Shown here: piece after piece, positions 15,202 through 27,497 of the stretch | How positions within the stretch are numbered: position 1 is the stretch's first letter | Layout: each line of letters begins with the position of its first letter | NCBI GenBank assembly: GCA_964057225.1 | Contig: OZ059895.1 | Coordinates: forward strand, 5,518,001-5,582,000 | DNA length: 64,000 bases | Direction: 5' to 3' | DNA from: Auanema rhodensis | Lineage: Eukaryota; Animalia; Nematoda | Translations under genes and position numbers: made by a program | The notes under the pieces: generated by a model | The model's input: the letters and a program-made list of their open reading frames with translations, nothing else | Database searches by the model: none | Told to the model about the DNA's origin: nothing

Positions 15202-16713
15202 ATGGCTTCGACTAAGCATTCAACGCAAATAGGGGGTACCCCTGAAAAGGTATTTCGTTTTATATATTATTGGATCGAAGATGTATGATTATATTTGTAG
15301 AAGAAGTTATTGGTTATTGAATGGGAGCATCTAAACTTATATAAGTTTTATCCCTTAGCTTTGGCCTCGTCATGGTCTATACGATGCCTTCTTTATCCAA
15401 TGTCTGTGGTAAAAAGCAGACTACAACTTCAAAGACAAAATAATGTCTATAGGTTTGTTTATAAAAAGTACAATTCGTTAATTTAAATTTTATTCAGGGG
15501 TATGAGACATGCATTTGTAGAAATTTTGAGAACTGAAGGTATGAGTGCGCTGTACCGTGTAAGATCATTTTGCTTGTTTAACATAAGTTCAATTTGCTTT
15601 CGTACTTCAGGGTTTTTGGATGACTCTTCCCCAGTTATCTGCATCTTTCTTATATTCTTCTACATATGAACGAACTCGAGATTTACTTCAGACTCACCTT
15701 GGTATTCGAAATCCATCTTTATTGTCTGCATTAGCAGGTTTCATTTAAAATTTTTTGAAACATTACCTAGCTTGATTTGTTAAGGAGGAATTGCCTCACC
15801 ATGTGCTCAATTGGTTTTTGTACCAACCGATATTGTAGCTCAGCATATGATGGTTCACAACAATCCCGAAGCTTTTGGAGGTATAACAGTGAAGGAAGAT
15901 GTAATATTTAACTTTTTCTTATTTCCATAGGTAGTAATAAAAATGTTCCTGTTGCTGAAGAGGTACGAAGAGATGGCCTTGCAAAAAAGCGGACTCTGGG
16001 ATTAAGAGTAGTACGAGCAATATATGTTGTTGATGGTCTTCCAGGCTTTTATCGGTAACATTAATACACATTTTTTCTTTATAATTATAATTTGTTACAA
16101 TTTAATTGTATTTATTTATTAATATTAATATTTTTAGCGGATTTTTCTCCTCAATCATGTTATACATTCCTTCCACTATGGTTTTCTGGTCTACTTATTA
16201 TCATGCCCTCAGCATGTTCCGTAAAATTAGAGAGCGGGTGATCATATTATAATTTTTTTTTGTTATTTTTCATGTGTTACAGGTTACTGAATATGAAACT
16301 GGTGTTCGTCCTCGAAATGCTGCAGAGGTTGATGATCGCAATCTATTTCTTGATCAAGCGGTCTCCGGGTCTATTGGAGGTATAGCCTCTGCTATTGTCA
16401 CAAATCCTTTAGAAATGCTTCGGATCAGATTACAAGTAAAATTTGCATCAGAAAGTACACACTAACATTGCATATTATTAAGGTTCATCGAACAACTTAC
16501 GCCGAAACTATTTCTAGATTGTGGAAGTATGAAGGCCGTCGAATATTCACAAAGGTTTTGTTTTAACGATTTGAATTTAATATCTCGAGATTTAAGGGCC
16601 TCGCTCCAAGAATTGTAAATAACAGCTTATATTCTTGCCTCGTTATGTTGTCATACGAAACGGTTAAGAAGCTGTGTGTACTTCCTGAATATCAGGATAA
16701 AATTGTTTGGTAA
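15202..16713 (+). CDS. Mitochondrial carrier, SLC25A44-like (paralog B)
   Basis: IEWEHLNLYKFYP, LYPMSVVKSRLQLQ, EGMSALYRGFW, FVPTDIVAQHMM, TNPLEMLRIRLQV, ending YETVKKLCVLPEYQDKIVW*. Confidence 0.93.
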
Positions 16714-17051
16714 TCGTGATAGGAATGGTTTTAGAACTTTTTCACTAGTCAATTTTTTCAAATTGTTCGCATCTCTTTTCGTATTATCCCGTATATTGTT
16801 ACTATTTTGCTACTAATTCTGTCTCTAACACCTCTAGTTATCAAAATAGTTTATTGTTGAAGGATCTAAGTTGTTTTAAAACGAATTGTCTTAGCCTTAA
16901 ATATCGTGGTTGTAAAGTTCTTTCGTGTAGCTTAGCTGCCAAATACATATTATATATATATCTGTTAATATTTGATATTTTTATCGAGGTAATGACCTCT
17001 TTATGTATCTTCACATTTTCTTTTTATCATTAAGTTTTAAAAAATTTTAGA

Positions 17052-17964
17052 ATGTCAGTTAGGAAGGCAATATCTAAGTTTGATAGAGTAAATCAATGGC
17101 TTCAATTTTCTAGACAATGGCATATTGTAGATGGTAACCAACAAGTGTGTATAGATTCATTATTTTTTTTATTAAATTTACTTTTAACTAATACTATCGC
17201 AATTCACATTTTCATGGTGTTTCCAGGATGCTTTTCGGTTAGGCGAGAAAGTAGCTCGTCATTTGGCTGGAAAACATAAACCAATTTGGCATCCAGAGAC
17301 TGATTGCGGTGATCATGTTGTTGTTGTAAACTGCAAAGATGTCGCTATGCATGGCTTTGGTTGGAAGCACACATCATTCCACTTTAATAAGGTATTCAAA
17401 TCAAATTGCATCTTTGTTACAAAATTATATTTATCAGGAGTATCCCCGATCTAAAGCTGATATTCCTGCATGGCAAATTCACGAATATGATCCATGTAGA
17501 GTAATGTTTTTATCTGTTTACAAGGTTCGCTAATAATTAAAAATGATTGCTCATTGTAAACAACACAGGCTTTGGGTAATAATTTACTTCGCCGAAGACA
17601 TATTCAGAGATTACATCTGTTCCCCGATATTGAAATGCCCGATTTCATTAAGCAGAATCTGGGAAACCAGGTTAGTGGTGATACTAGGAGTATTTTTCCT
17701 GTTTTGCTTCTCTTGGCAGTAGTTAATAATACATTGTTGTTTTACAGTTGGAATCCGTCCAAAGAATAGTTAAGCGAAGCGATCAGTATACAGCGGAAGA
17801 AAGAGCAACATTCCCTAAATTAGTCAGGTATTTATTTAAAAAATGTAAAAACTATAAAAGAAAATTAAAGATATCGTGAGGATCATATCGAAGATTGGGA
17901 AACATCACTAATTGATCCAGGTAGACATGTAAAGCCTGGACCTAATACCAAGAAGGAGAAGTAA
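17052..17964 (+). CDS. mrpl-13: Mitochondrial ribosomal protein uL13m
   Basis: QWLQFSRQWHIVDG..DAFRLG..LAGKHKPIWHPETDCGDHVVVVNC, NLLRRRHIQRLHLFPD; TTTTAG immediately before the ATG. Confidence 0.95.
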
Positions 17965-18648
17965 ATAGATATATATGTGCATATTTAGGTTTCTTTGTTG
18001 TTATATTTTTGTTGATTTGAATTTAAAAGCCGCTCACAGAGTTGTTAACCTAAGCTATTAAATAAATTTTAGAAACTTTTATTTAATACTCTGCTAAGAT
18101 CTTCCATCGGATATTTATTTGCAATATTCTAGAATACTAGGCAATGGGTCGTATTACGTTTAGAAATAAATAACATGTACGGCATGTTGTCATCAGTATA
18201 ATAACAAGCATGAATTTCCTGCATTTTTGCTAGTAAATGTTTGTTTTTTCTAAAGGTCGTATTGCTCTGTTGCAAAGAATCATAATCCGGAATCAAGAGA
18301 GGTCGTATTTGATATGATTGGAAGGCTAATGCATACACACTGGTTTCCCTATTAACTGAAATGAACAGGAAAAGAGTATAGTGAAAGAGAGTATGAGGAA
18401 AAAGGTGATGCCGTTAAGGGATTATCTACTATGGATACGTTCGACCTGACCATAATTATGCGTTCGATTTTCTGATGTACATGGTCAGTGCCGTACGCTA
18501 TTGGCCTGACAGCTGTATGCATCCGGATTTAGCCAATATCCCATTCAATACATGTCTATCTACTTAGATTTACATCTTATAGCACCACATGAATGTGTGA
18601 TTTCCGTTCATAACTTATATTTTTTGGCATTTAGGTTGTTCGGAAGAC

Positions 18649-20507
18649 ATGGCATTTCGAGATCCTCCTGTATCCGGACGGTCAGTGAGCTCGGAATGTC
18701 TGGAGATGAGGAACGTTCAGGTTGCATCACCAACATCTATCGATATAGAAATAATGGGAGGTGAAGCAATGTATTACGATGATGAATTTACACCAGTGTG
18801 AGTCATTTTTTCCAAAAAAGCTTTTTATCACTTGTTATAATAAAATATATTTGTCAGTTTGTATTTGAACTATAATATTCAAAGGCTTGCTATTAGTATT
18901 ATTGTTCTAAATCTTTATCAATCAATCAGTAAAGATACATGTACATACATATATGTATTATGCATATATGATTTTCGTTTTAATAGTGAAAAGAAAAATT
19001 AGATGAGTTGTTTTCATTTAAGAAATGATTAGTTAGGCTCAGTTAGGTATCAACATATGCCATCAGACTTACTTTTGTTCTTAAAAAACGCTTATAGGCG
19101 ATTGAATGAGTACAACCTATCTATACGAATGCATGGATTAAATAATATTGTACACGTGAACAAGCCACGTCAAAATTTCTTCAAAAGTTCATGTGTCCTT
19201 CGGTTTTCAAATACTGTAATAATCGCGCTATTAAAAATCTTTTTTTTAATAATTGGGGTTTCGAACTGCTTCAAAATTATTTGCCAAAAAAAAATTTTAA
19301 ACATGCTTATGACTTCATTCTAAGATAATAGATATGTATATGTTTTTATCAACAATACCGATAACAAATGTTTGAAAACAACTTTCAGAATGGGCAAATT
19401 CGGAGCACCACGGTGTCGTTGTACGCCTTCACTCATTTCCCTTATTGGGATTTGTATTGGAATGATTATAATGACAGTCGGAATATGTTTACTAATCTTC
19501 TTCACACATGAACAATTATTTATTCCACCAGTTAGTTTTTACTCCAGTTGTTACTTATTGGAGCATGTTGTGAAAACAAAAGAAGTTTTTAAAAAATAAT
19601 GGAGATAATTCAAAAATAAAGAAAAAGCCACAATAAAGCAAAAAGTTATGCTTATAATCAATTTTTAATTAATTTATATTATATGTAGTTGATCACATTA
19701 CTTAATTATTCTCCATTGTTCTTTCTCTTTACAATTTCTAAAATATTTACTTTTTTTATAAATAATTTAACTGTTTAGTTGTTAAATTAGTTTTCAAAAA
19801 ATTAAACATATCTTTCATATCTTATCTTTATTTTACTTAGGGAATTACATTATCTTGTATTGGTTTTCTACTTCTACTCATTGGAACTATTTTCTGGACT
19901 TCAGAATTTATGTGCAACGATTGCCTCACTAAGTGCTTCACTAAAATTCAAGAAGCTCCAATGCGAAATGCCATCAAACGTCGTGAAGAGAGGATAAGGT
20001 TCGAACTTAGAAATTCATCAACTGGATGACCCTTCAATCATAGTGTAATATCAAAAGACCGATAGATTTCCCACGCCTTTCCGGTCATATTACTGACTTC
20101 TAATTAGATATAGAATTAGATATTTTTTCTTCATTTAGCTATCAATCTTCATTTATCTACATATCTTGTGATTTGTAGATTTTTAAGACTAAATGAAATT
20201 ATTTTAAAATTAGATTTTGGAGCAATTAAATAGGAAATAAAAAAATGAAACCGCATTTCACAACAAACTTTCCATTAAGGAAATCATTCCATATAAAGTC
20301 ATTTATAGTTTGTTTTATCAAATCTGAAGAATGTTGTTAAAAAGGGAAGAAAAATGAAAAAAATATATAATTTGAAGAAAAAGGGGAGAATTTCTATTTA
20401 CTAACATATATTCTTTTAGGTCACAAGCTAGTGGACGTGTGGACAGCCGAACTTCCATGAACTCCCGGGTATCACGAGCAACAGATGCTACACTTGTCCG
20501 GTACTAG
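18649..20507 (+). CDS. Small two-transmembrane protein of unknown function (4 exons)
   Basis: Phase-compatible exons 18649-18797, 19389-19530, 19841-19998 and 20420-20507 give MAFRDPPVSG...MGKFGAPRCRCTPS-LISLIGICIGMIIMTVGICLLIFF-THEQLFIPP-GITLSCIGFLLLLIGTIFW-TSEFMCNDCL...DATLVRY*. Confidence 0.7.
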
Positions 20508-20969
20508 GAAAATGAGAGGAATCAAAAAATAGATCTCTTCTTTGTTTGATCTTTATTGGACTTCAGTATATTGAACACACACACATATATATAAATATAT
20601 ATAAAGAGCTTTATCTCACTAAACACATAGGAACAAATAGGGATAGCGTACGATATATTAAGGGGAAGAATTATATGATTACGAAGTTATAAAAATTGAT
20701 GTATTATCGCACAATTCAGCACAAAAAACACAAAATGTGAACAAAACATAGCTTTTCCGATGAACTTATCACTGCATCCCCATAAAAATATTTTTTGACA
20801 ACTTTCATTTAAAAAAAACTGAACAAAGGGTCCTAAAAGTTTCAAAAAAATGCAGGTTCATTCACCCATACTTTAAATAATACTGTGAGTCAGAACATTC
20901 CTTTTATTTGTAATAAAAGTAAGAAAAGGGTTGAAAAATTGCTCGAATCTTTCATCCAATTAGGGAAAG

Positions 20970-22327
20970 TTAATTAACAATGTGATTTCTGAATCGGAGA
21001 TCCGCAAGAACTTCTTCAGCAGAGACTCCAAGACGTTCTCCAGCACGCAAAACTTCTGTCAGACGAGCTTCGATGGCATGGACTACTTAAAAAGCGAAAA
21101 CTAATTTAATTTTTTATATAATTGAAATTTTTTAGCTGAAAGATAAATGAATCAGATTAGCAAAAGGTGCGATTGTTTGATAAAATAGAAAAATGGATAA
21201 AGAATAAAATAGGGTTAAAGTTATGTAAGTTTATACATCATATGCAAAATAAATAAGACTTGATCAAAATCAATAAAAACGAAATTAAGTTGTATATTAT
21301 GATCAAGAATATAGAGAAAAAAATCTGATAAGGCTCGTAATGACGACAATAATGACACTTAAAACGAAAAATGTGATGATAACTTCAAGTAGCTGTGTGG
21401 AAATTCTGGACAGAAAGGAATGTGATGAATTTTATCATTTTAAAGTTATGATAGGACAAGATGAGCAGAATGAGCAAGACTGGAAAAAAAAGTAAGCATG
21501 ATCACGAAAGATCAAGGGTATGATTAATAGAAAATCATAAACGCATGATGAAAAAGGAATTAAAATTATATAATTACATAATAGCTCTTTCTCCCATAAG
21601 TACTTGCCAAAAAATCGCAATGATCAGACAGCTGATTTGCTGATCTCTATTAAAATCGTTTTGTCCTGTCATAAACATTGCATTAATGGAGACTAGATAA
21701 CACGTACAAGTATTAAAAAGAAAGAAATCTTTTAGAGAATAAAGGGAATTATTGATAAGCTAAGCGGCTACGGAATGCATACGACAAAGTGTATATACTG
21801 TGTCAAAACCTAATTTTTTCAAAAAAGAACCATGAAAATAACTGAGGAAGCAACGAAAAATAACTGATATAAGAAATAAAAACTTAAAAAATACTGAATA
21901 TACTAAATATAATAAAAAACCAAAACTTACAAGGAGCTCTATCATCAGTTACGGTTCTTTTCATAGGTTGCCAAGCTACCATTCTTTTAGATGGTTGCCA
22001 ATTCTTTCCTTCGCCAGATGGAGCGTAAATAAGCTTTGCCGCATCCTAAAAACCAATTCATAACAAGTTAAAAAAAAGTTTCCAAAACAATATTATTTCG
22101 AAGAAAAACGTGATCATTACCTCCTTTTCCTTGTCTGGGGATGTTCCAATAGATTTTTCCAAAGCTTCAACTTGCTGTTGAAGTTGTTTTAAGGCATCCT
22201 CAATATTGAGAGGAACAGCTATAATGGAAATGTTAAATGTTCGTGGTCAAATAAAGTTAAATAAAAAGTGAAAATACTAACCATAAATAGTGGCTGAGAT
22301 GAGTAGAAGAGCTAGAAAAGCGCGCAT
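20970..22327 (-). CDS. nlp-40: Neuropeptide precursor NLP-40
   Basis: Four exons, not captured in the ORF track: signal peptide MRAFLALLLISATIYA, then ...LKQLQQQVEALEK...KR-MVAWQPM-KR...RAPLVHAIEARLTEVLRAGERLGVSAEEVLADLRFRNHIVN*. MVAWQPM and the GERLGV..EEVLADLR tail match C. elegans NLP-40 as recalled. Confidence 0.95.
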
Positions 22328-22896
22328 CGTGAATGTGCAGACGCAAGAGGAACCCAAGCGTTATCAGTTATGTAGCTCCTCCTCATCCTAAGAATAGGAC
22401 AGAAATACTTGGGCTGATGACATAAGAAAACGTCATGGGTTTAAGAGTTTATAAAAAAATAAGAAGAGGATGAATAGAAATTTGAGTTCAATTATTCATA
22501 CTAAGTGACATGTAATGAAGTGACTAATAAATATCACAAGATGATGATACTTTTCTATGATTGAGTCACGAAAATTTATGAAAGTTTATTAAATAAATTT
22601 ATTGAATAAATTATATTCAAAAACCTACAATGTATAATTTTAAATATTATATTAATGAATTAATGTTTTACGAGATTCAGCAATGTTGTGACCGTTTTAC
22701 AATGCGTCTGCGCCACCATTGCACGAAATTCTGGCTATAACCAGATTTTCACGTGCTTATGAGTCCGAGAATGCAAACTTTTGCTTTTATCTTCACAAAC
22801 TTGATTAATTCGGTTTTAACTCTTTCCCGATATATATTAGCATTGCTTGTTTTATCCGAAATTATGAACTGAAACCATTTCAGATAGGTATTACTA

Positions 22897-24671
22897 ATGG
22901 TTTTATTTGATCAATCGTGGTACTGGGGTAATATTGATAAAAATACTGTGTCCCAAGCCCTATCTACTCAAAACGATGGTGCTTTTATAGTAAGAGATGC
23001 CAGCACTCCTGGTGATTATACATTATCTATTAGGTAATTTTCAAATAATTTATTATGCTTCATGTGGACCGTTCAAATTAGTTCGCAACTTTAATTATTG
23101 CCTTTATTTTCAAATCGAATGTAATTAAATATCAGTTTTTTCCAGATATAAAGGCCAAGTCAAATTAGTAAGAATTCATGTTAACAATGCTCGTTGTGGA
23201 TTTTCTCCAGAAGCATTAACATACCCATCGGTTGTTTCACTTGTTGATTACCACAGGAATGTTTCTCTAAAAGTCTGTTTCAAAAATATTATTTGTTCAA
23301 TCACAATATTGTTTTAAGAGTTATAATGAACAACTCGACACTACTCTTTCTCATCCAGTTCCTCGTCCAAATTCATTATTAAGAGTAAATTCTCCTCGTG
23401 GAGATGGAAACTCATCAAGATCCTCTAATCAAAGTACGGGACCAACCTCATCAACACCTTCTGGTGGTCAAAATGATATTCAAAATATTGATCCAGGTAT
23501 TGTGTCTACCAAATATTGAGATTTTCGTAAACGCCACACACAGAATGGGAGTTGCAACTTGGTTTAGAGAGACTACGTATTGCTGAAACCTCAGTAGAAC
23601 GTAGTGCTAGATTGTTTGATGCTGTTCATTCCGAATCAGGTAGAGCTGATACTGTTTTACATGCCTTAGTAAAATCGGTTAGTTTATTCCTAATATTCTC
23701 TCATCATTTTATTAATATTAAGATAGCTGACTTAGAAAAAAAAATGGCGAAGCTTCAAGAAATATCAGAAACTCAATTAAGTTGCATCGAAGAAGAAACA
23801 GATAGCGAGAAGCAAGAAGTATTGAGAACAAACAAAGAGGTTTGAACGGTAATTTTGACATCGAAAATCTTTAAATTACAGATAGTGGATAAAACTATTA
23901 TGAAGCTCAAAAGTGAACGGGATATTGTAGTTTCTCAAAGAGCTCGATTGAATGCTGTTATGGAACAGATGAGAGATGAAACTGCATTTGCTAAGGTTAT
24001 AATTAGTTAAAAAACAACATTATAATCTTATTTACAGAAGCGTTTAGTGAATAGTCAGGAAATTAGAAAAGCAGCATATCAATGTTTGCACGAGAAGCAC
24101 GTTCCTCGTTCAAAACTGGCTGCCACGAGGAATCATGCTCTCGAAATGATTGCTAAAGAGTCTATGAAGGTTTTTTCTCTCTTTTAAATTAGAATATTCT
24201 GTTATATTAGGTGAGCCAACTCTTAGCTGATCTTGTATTACCCTGGGATCCCGTGCAGTACGTGTATATTTCTACATTGTTATTATTATTATTTTATTTT
24301 CAGATATTTGATCAATGATGCTTCTAAAGATATGGCAGGAAGTTTAATCATGCATGCTCGAGCTCGCGCTGTATCTGAAGGCAAAAAAACCGATGGAATA
24401 TTTCTAATTCGACCGTCTGCTTCTAAAGAAGGGAAATTAGTGTTAAGCGTTTTGAATGGGGATAGAATATCTCATTGTCTTATTGAACAAACCGATCAGG
24501 TTTGTATATAATTTTGTACAAATCGAGAAACATAATTTACAGGGTTGGGGTTTTGAAAATGGAGGATTATATTTCGTTACGATAGGTGATTTCGTGCGAT
24601 ATTATGCACAAGCTTCACTAGAAGAACATAATAAGGATATAAAAACATTCCTAGCAATTCCGGCATTATAA
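22897..24671 (+). CDS. aap-1: Class IA PI3K regulatory/adaptor subunit (p55-like: SH2-iSH2-SH2)
   Basis: N-SH2 WYWG...DGAFIVRDASTPGDYTLSI...SVVSLVDYHRNVSLKSYNEQLDTTLSHPV, a helical coiled-coil middle, and C-SH2 DGIFLIRPS..GKLVLSV..ISHCLI...FVRYYAQASLEEHN. Confidence 0.88.
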
Positions 24672-24860
24672 TTATATATTTTTAACATTAATTTATTAGG
24701 ATAATTACTTATTTTGTTTGATTTGATATTCGTCTCATCTCGGTCTCTTCTTGCCATCTCGAAAATCTACGTCTATTTACGGTGTTTAGTTTTCTATATA
24801 TTATTTGTATAACTTATTCTTGTCTTCGCATATCTTGAGTGATTGTATATAACTAATGAG

Positions 24861-24879
24861 AATATAAATCTTTTTTCAG
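24861..24879 (+). promoter_or_regulatory. Poly(A)-signal variant abutting a trans-splice acceptor (aap-1/TMEM106 junction)
   Basis: AATATAAATCTTTTTTCAG, 190 nt after the aap-1 stop and 25 nt before the next ATG. Confidence 0.5.
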
Positions 24880-24904
24880 CTCCGCAAAAATCGATGACAG
24901 AAGT

Positions 24905-26080
24905 ATGATGGTGGAAAATCTCTGGAATCAAGTTAGGACTAGAGCTATATCTCTTTTTGGACCACATAACAGGTTGATAGAAACTAACGAAGATGGACCT
25001 CAGGAAGGAAGCTCAAGGTTTTCTTTAAAAGATGCATTTTTCTACTCTCAAGTTATTTTAGGAGCGTAAGTACTGACTACACTGAATTGATGGGAGGAAG
25101 TGTACCATGTCCATCATGTAAAGGAACGGGTAGAATTCCAAAAGGTTAGATTAGATATATATATATACTTATGCTATTCAATCTTAATCTGTTTTTTAAG
25201 AAATGGAAGAAACTTTAGTAGCCTTGATTCCTTTAAACGATGATCGATTGAAGCCTAAAAGAACATGGTTTTGGGTATTAATCGGAATAGGAGTATACTT
25301 TAATTTATCTTTTTAAACATTATTTTATGTTTTTCAGGTTTGTGTTCTTTTAGCTTCGGCTGCTATATTTATGCTTGTGCCCCGTGCTGTAGAATTATCA
25401 AGTGCTCGAACTGCTGTTGATATAATCCATGTATTTTATCATAATTCCACAGTACCAAAGATTGAATTTCATTTTATGGTATGTATTTTTGATTAGATTA
25501 TATCATAATACTTTTAAAAATTTAGAATCATGTAAATATCTCTAACTCCAATTATTATGTTGTTCAAGTTGTGAATTTAACTGCTCAGGTTGGCTATGAA
25601 TACAAGGATTTTAATATAGTCGTATCGTCTTAGGTTATTTCTAAATTCCAACCATGGAGTAATGATCCTATCGGAAGTGGTGCAAACGATACCTTTGTAG
25701 CAATCGCTCCATTGAGTAGGAAAAACAATCAATTATTTTTCAACAATACTGTCACACTGACAGATGTTGTAGCGTAAGTTTTATCTTTTTGTTTAGTTCA
25801 TATCTAGCTGTGACATAACAGAAATATTTAATATTTCAAACAGAATTTTGTAATTCTAAGTTTTTATAGAGAGTACTGCCTTACTTTTTCTCGGTTGACA
25901 TCGCTCTACGTCAATATGCAATTTGACGTTGTGGTGTCCCTTCTCTATTTTAACCACAGGGAACAGGTATGAGATCGTATAAAGGAACTGTGTATGAAGC
26001 TCGAAACTCTTGTTTAGATATCACTTTCAACAACTCAACAAGTTTGTTGTGTACCATCTGGAAATTGCACTTCAAGCTGA
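24905..26080 (+). CDS. TMEM106 family type II lysosomal membrane protein
   Basis: Spliced product contains [34 protein letters not shown] (TMEM106 signature; human CPTCQGTGRIP..LVALIPYSDQRLRPRRT as recalled), a TM helix ending LVPR, and a luminal domain with NIS/NLT/NDT/NNT sequons ending CCVPSGNCTSS*. Confidence 0.92.
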
Positions 26081-26661
26081 TTACTCACGTGTTTCATATG
26101 TGTACATGCCTTTTAATCGTTTTATATTCATTTATTCACTTGCCTTATATATATATCTAAACCGTATAGATCTCTAGTCCTTGTTCATTGTAAGAATATT
26201 TCTAAAATCATTTCAACTAAGTCAATTTGGGTGTCATGACATCACAATATTATGAACACTCTGTATCACATTGGAATAAAACTTCATACTTCCTTTCATG
26301 TTCTTCTTAAATAAATATCAACTTTCATTACCTATTTGCTTATTAGATATAAATTAAAAAACGATATTTATTCCGTATCAGTCTTATTAGAATCATAATT
26401 AGTAAAGCAATATATGGTGTTATGACTGGCTGGTGTTTATATATGACATGAAAAGAATCATACTATGTTGTCCCTAATAATTAGCTTTTTATTGAAAATA
26501 GTTGATTCATAGAAAACTAATAATGGAAAACAAAAAAAATACACCATAAGCTAAGAAAATTGATCGCAAAAAACCTTATCACAATTAAGATAATTTTCTT
26601 TGATTGATAAATGCATTCGAATAGAAGAAAAAGTATTTGGAGAAAAGAAAATGTGCTGTTT

Positions 26662-27000
26662 TTAACACATTTGGATATCCTTGCAGATTTTATCTGGTTT
26701 TTCACCATTCTCAATTTTTTGGATTATGGTTTCATATTCTTGATTGACCAACTTTTCACAATAGACTTCGATAATTGGCATATCCAGCATGCTTCTGCAT
26801 TCTTTATCCATTTTCTATGAAACAATAGATTATAAGGAACTTTTTCAAAGAATTCGTACCTCCTTTAAATGAACATCTTCTTCGATTTCCTTTTTGTCTA
26901 TTCCTTTAACAAAGTCCATGCACACAGCACATTCTAAACCACGCTGGAAAGTTGGAAGACACAAACTAATAAGACAAACAAAAAGTAAAGCTCGATTCAT
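26662..27000 (-). CDS. Secreted saposin-B-domain protein (spp/caenopore-like), 2 exons
   Basis: TTTTCAGC-ATG start; MNRALLFVCLISLCLPTFQRGLECAVCMDFVKGIDKKEIEEDVHLKE|KMDKECRSMLDMPIIEVYCEKLVNQEYETIIQKIENGEKPDKICKDIQMC* has the six-Cys SapB spacing (CxxC...C...C...PxxICxxxxxC). Confidence 0.9.
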
Positions 27001-27497
27001 GCTGAAAATATATATGAACATAATATATTAACGATAACAGTTCAAAAACCCAATACGTTACTTTAAATAAAGATAAATGATAGTCGGTTTGAAATTGAAA
27101 AGAAATCGAGCTCATTTTGAGTGCATAGAAACCAAGACAAGTATGAAAAATTATAAAACTATTGTTGCATGACCGCAACTTTTGATAGCAGAAGAACGAT
27201 AATAGATGTTTTATCACAAAGGAAAAAAAGAATATAAATTCTTAGCAAAGATTAATAGACATCACGTTTAGTAGTATACTATATCTTCTAGTAGCTTCGT
27301 TAAAACAGATAACATAAAATCTGCCGATTAAATGAACTTTGAAATATTGATAACCAAAATAACTCAATTATTTCAATTCAAGAAGTATTCATATTAAAGT
27401 TTTAGATTCTTTTCGGCATTATCGATATTATTAGTCTTTCTCTCTTCTATTTTTATTTTTATGATTCTTGTCAGATAGCTTTCCTGAAAACAAACTA

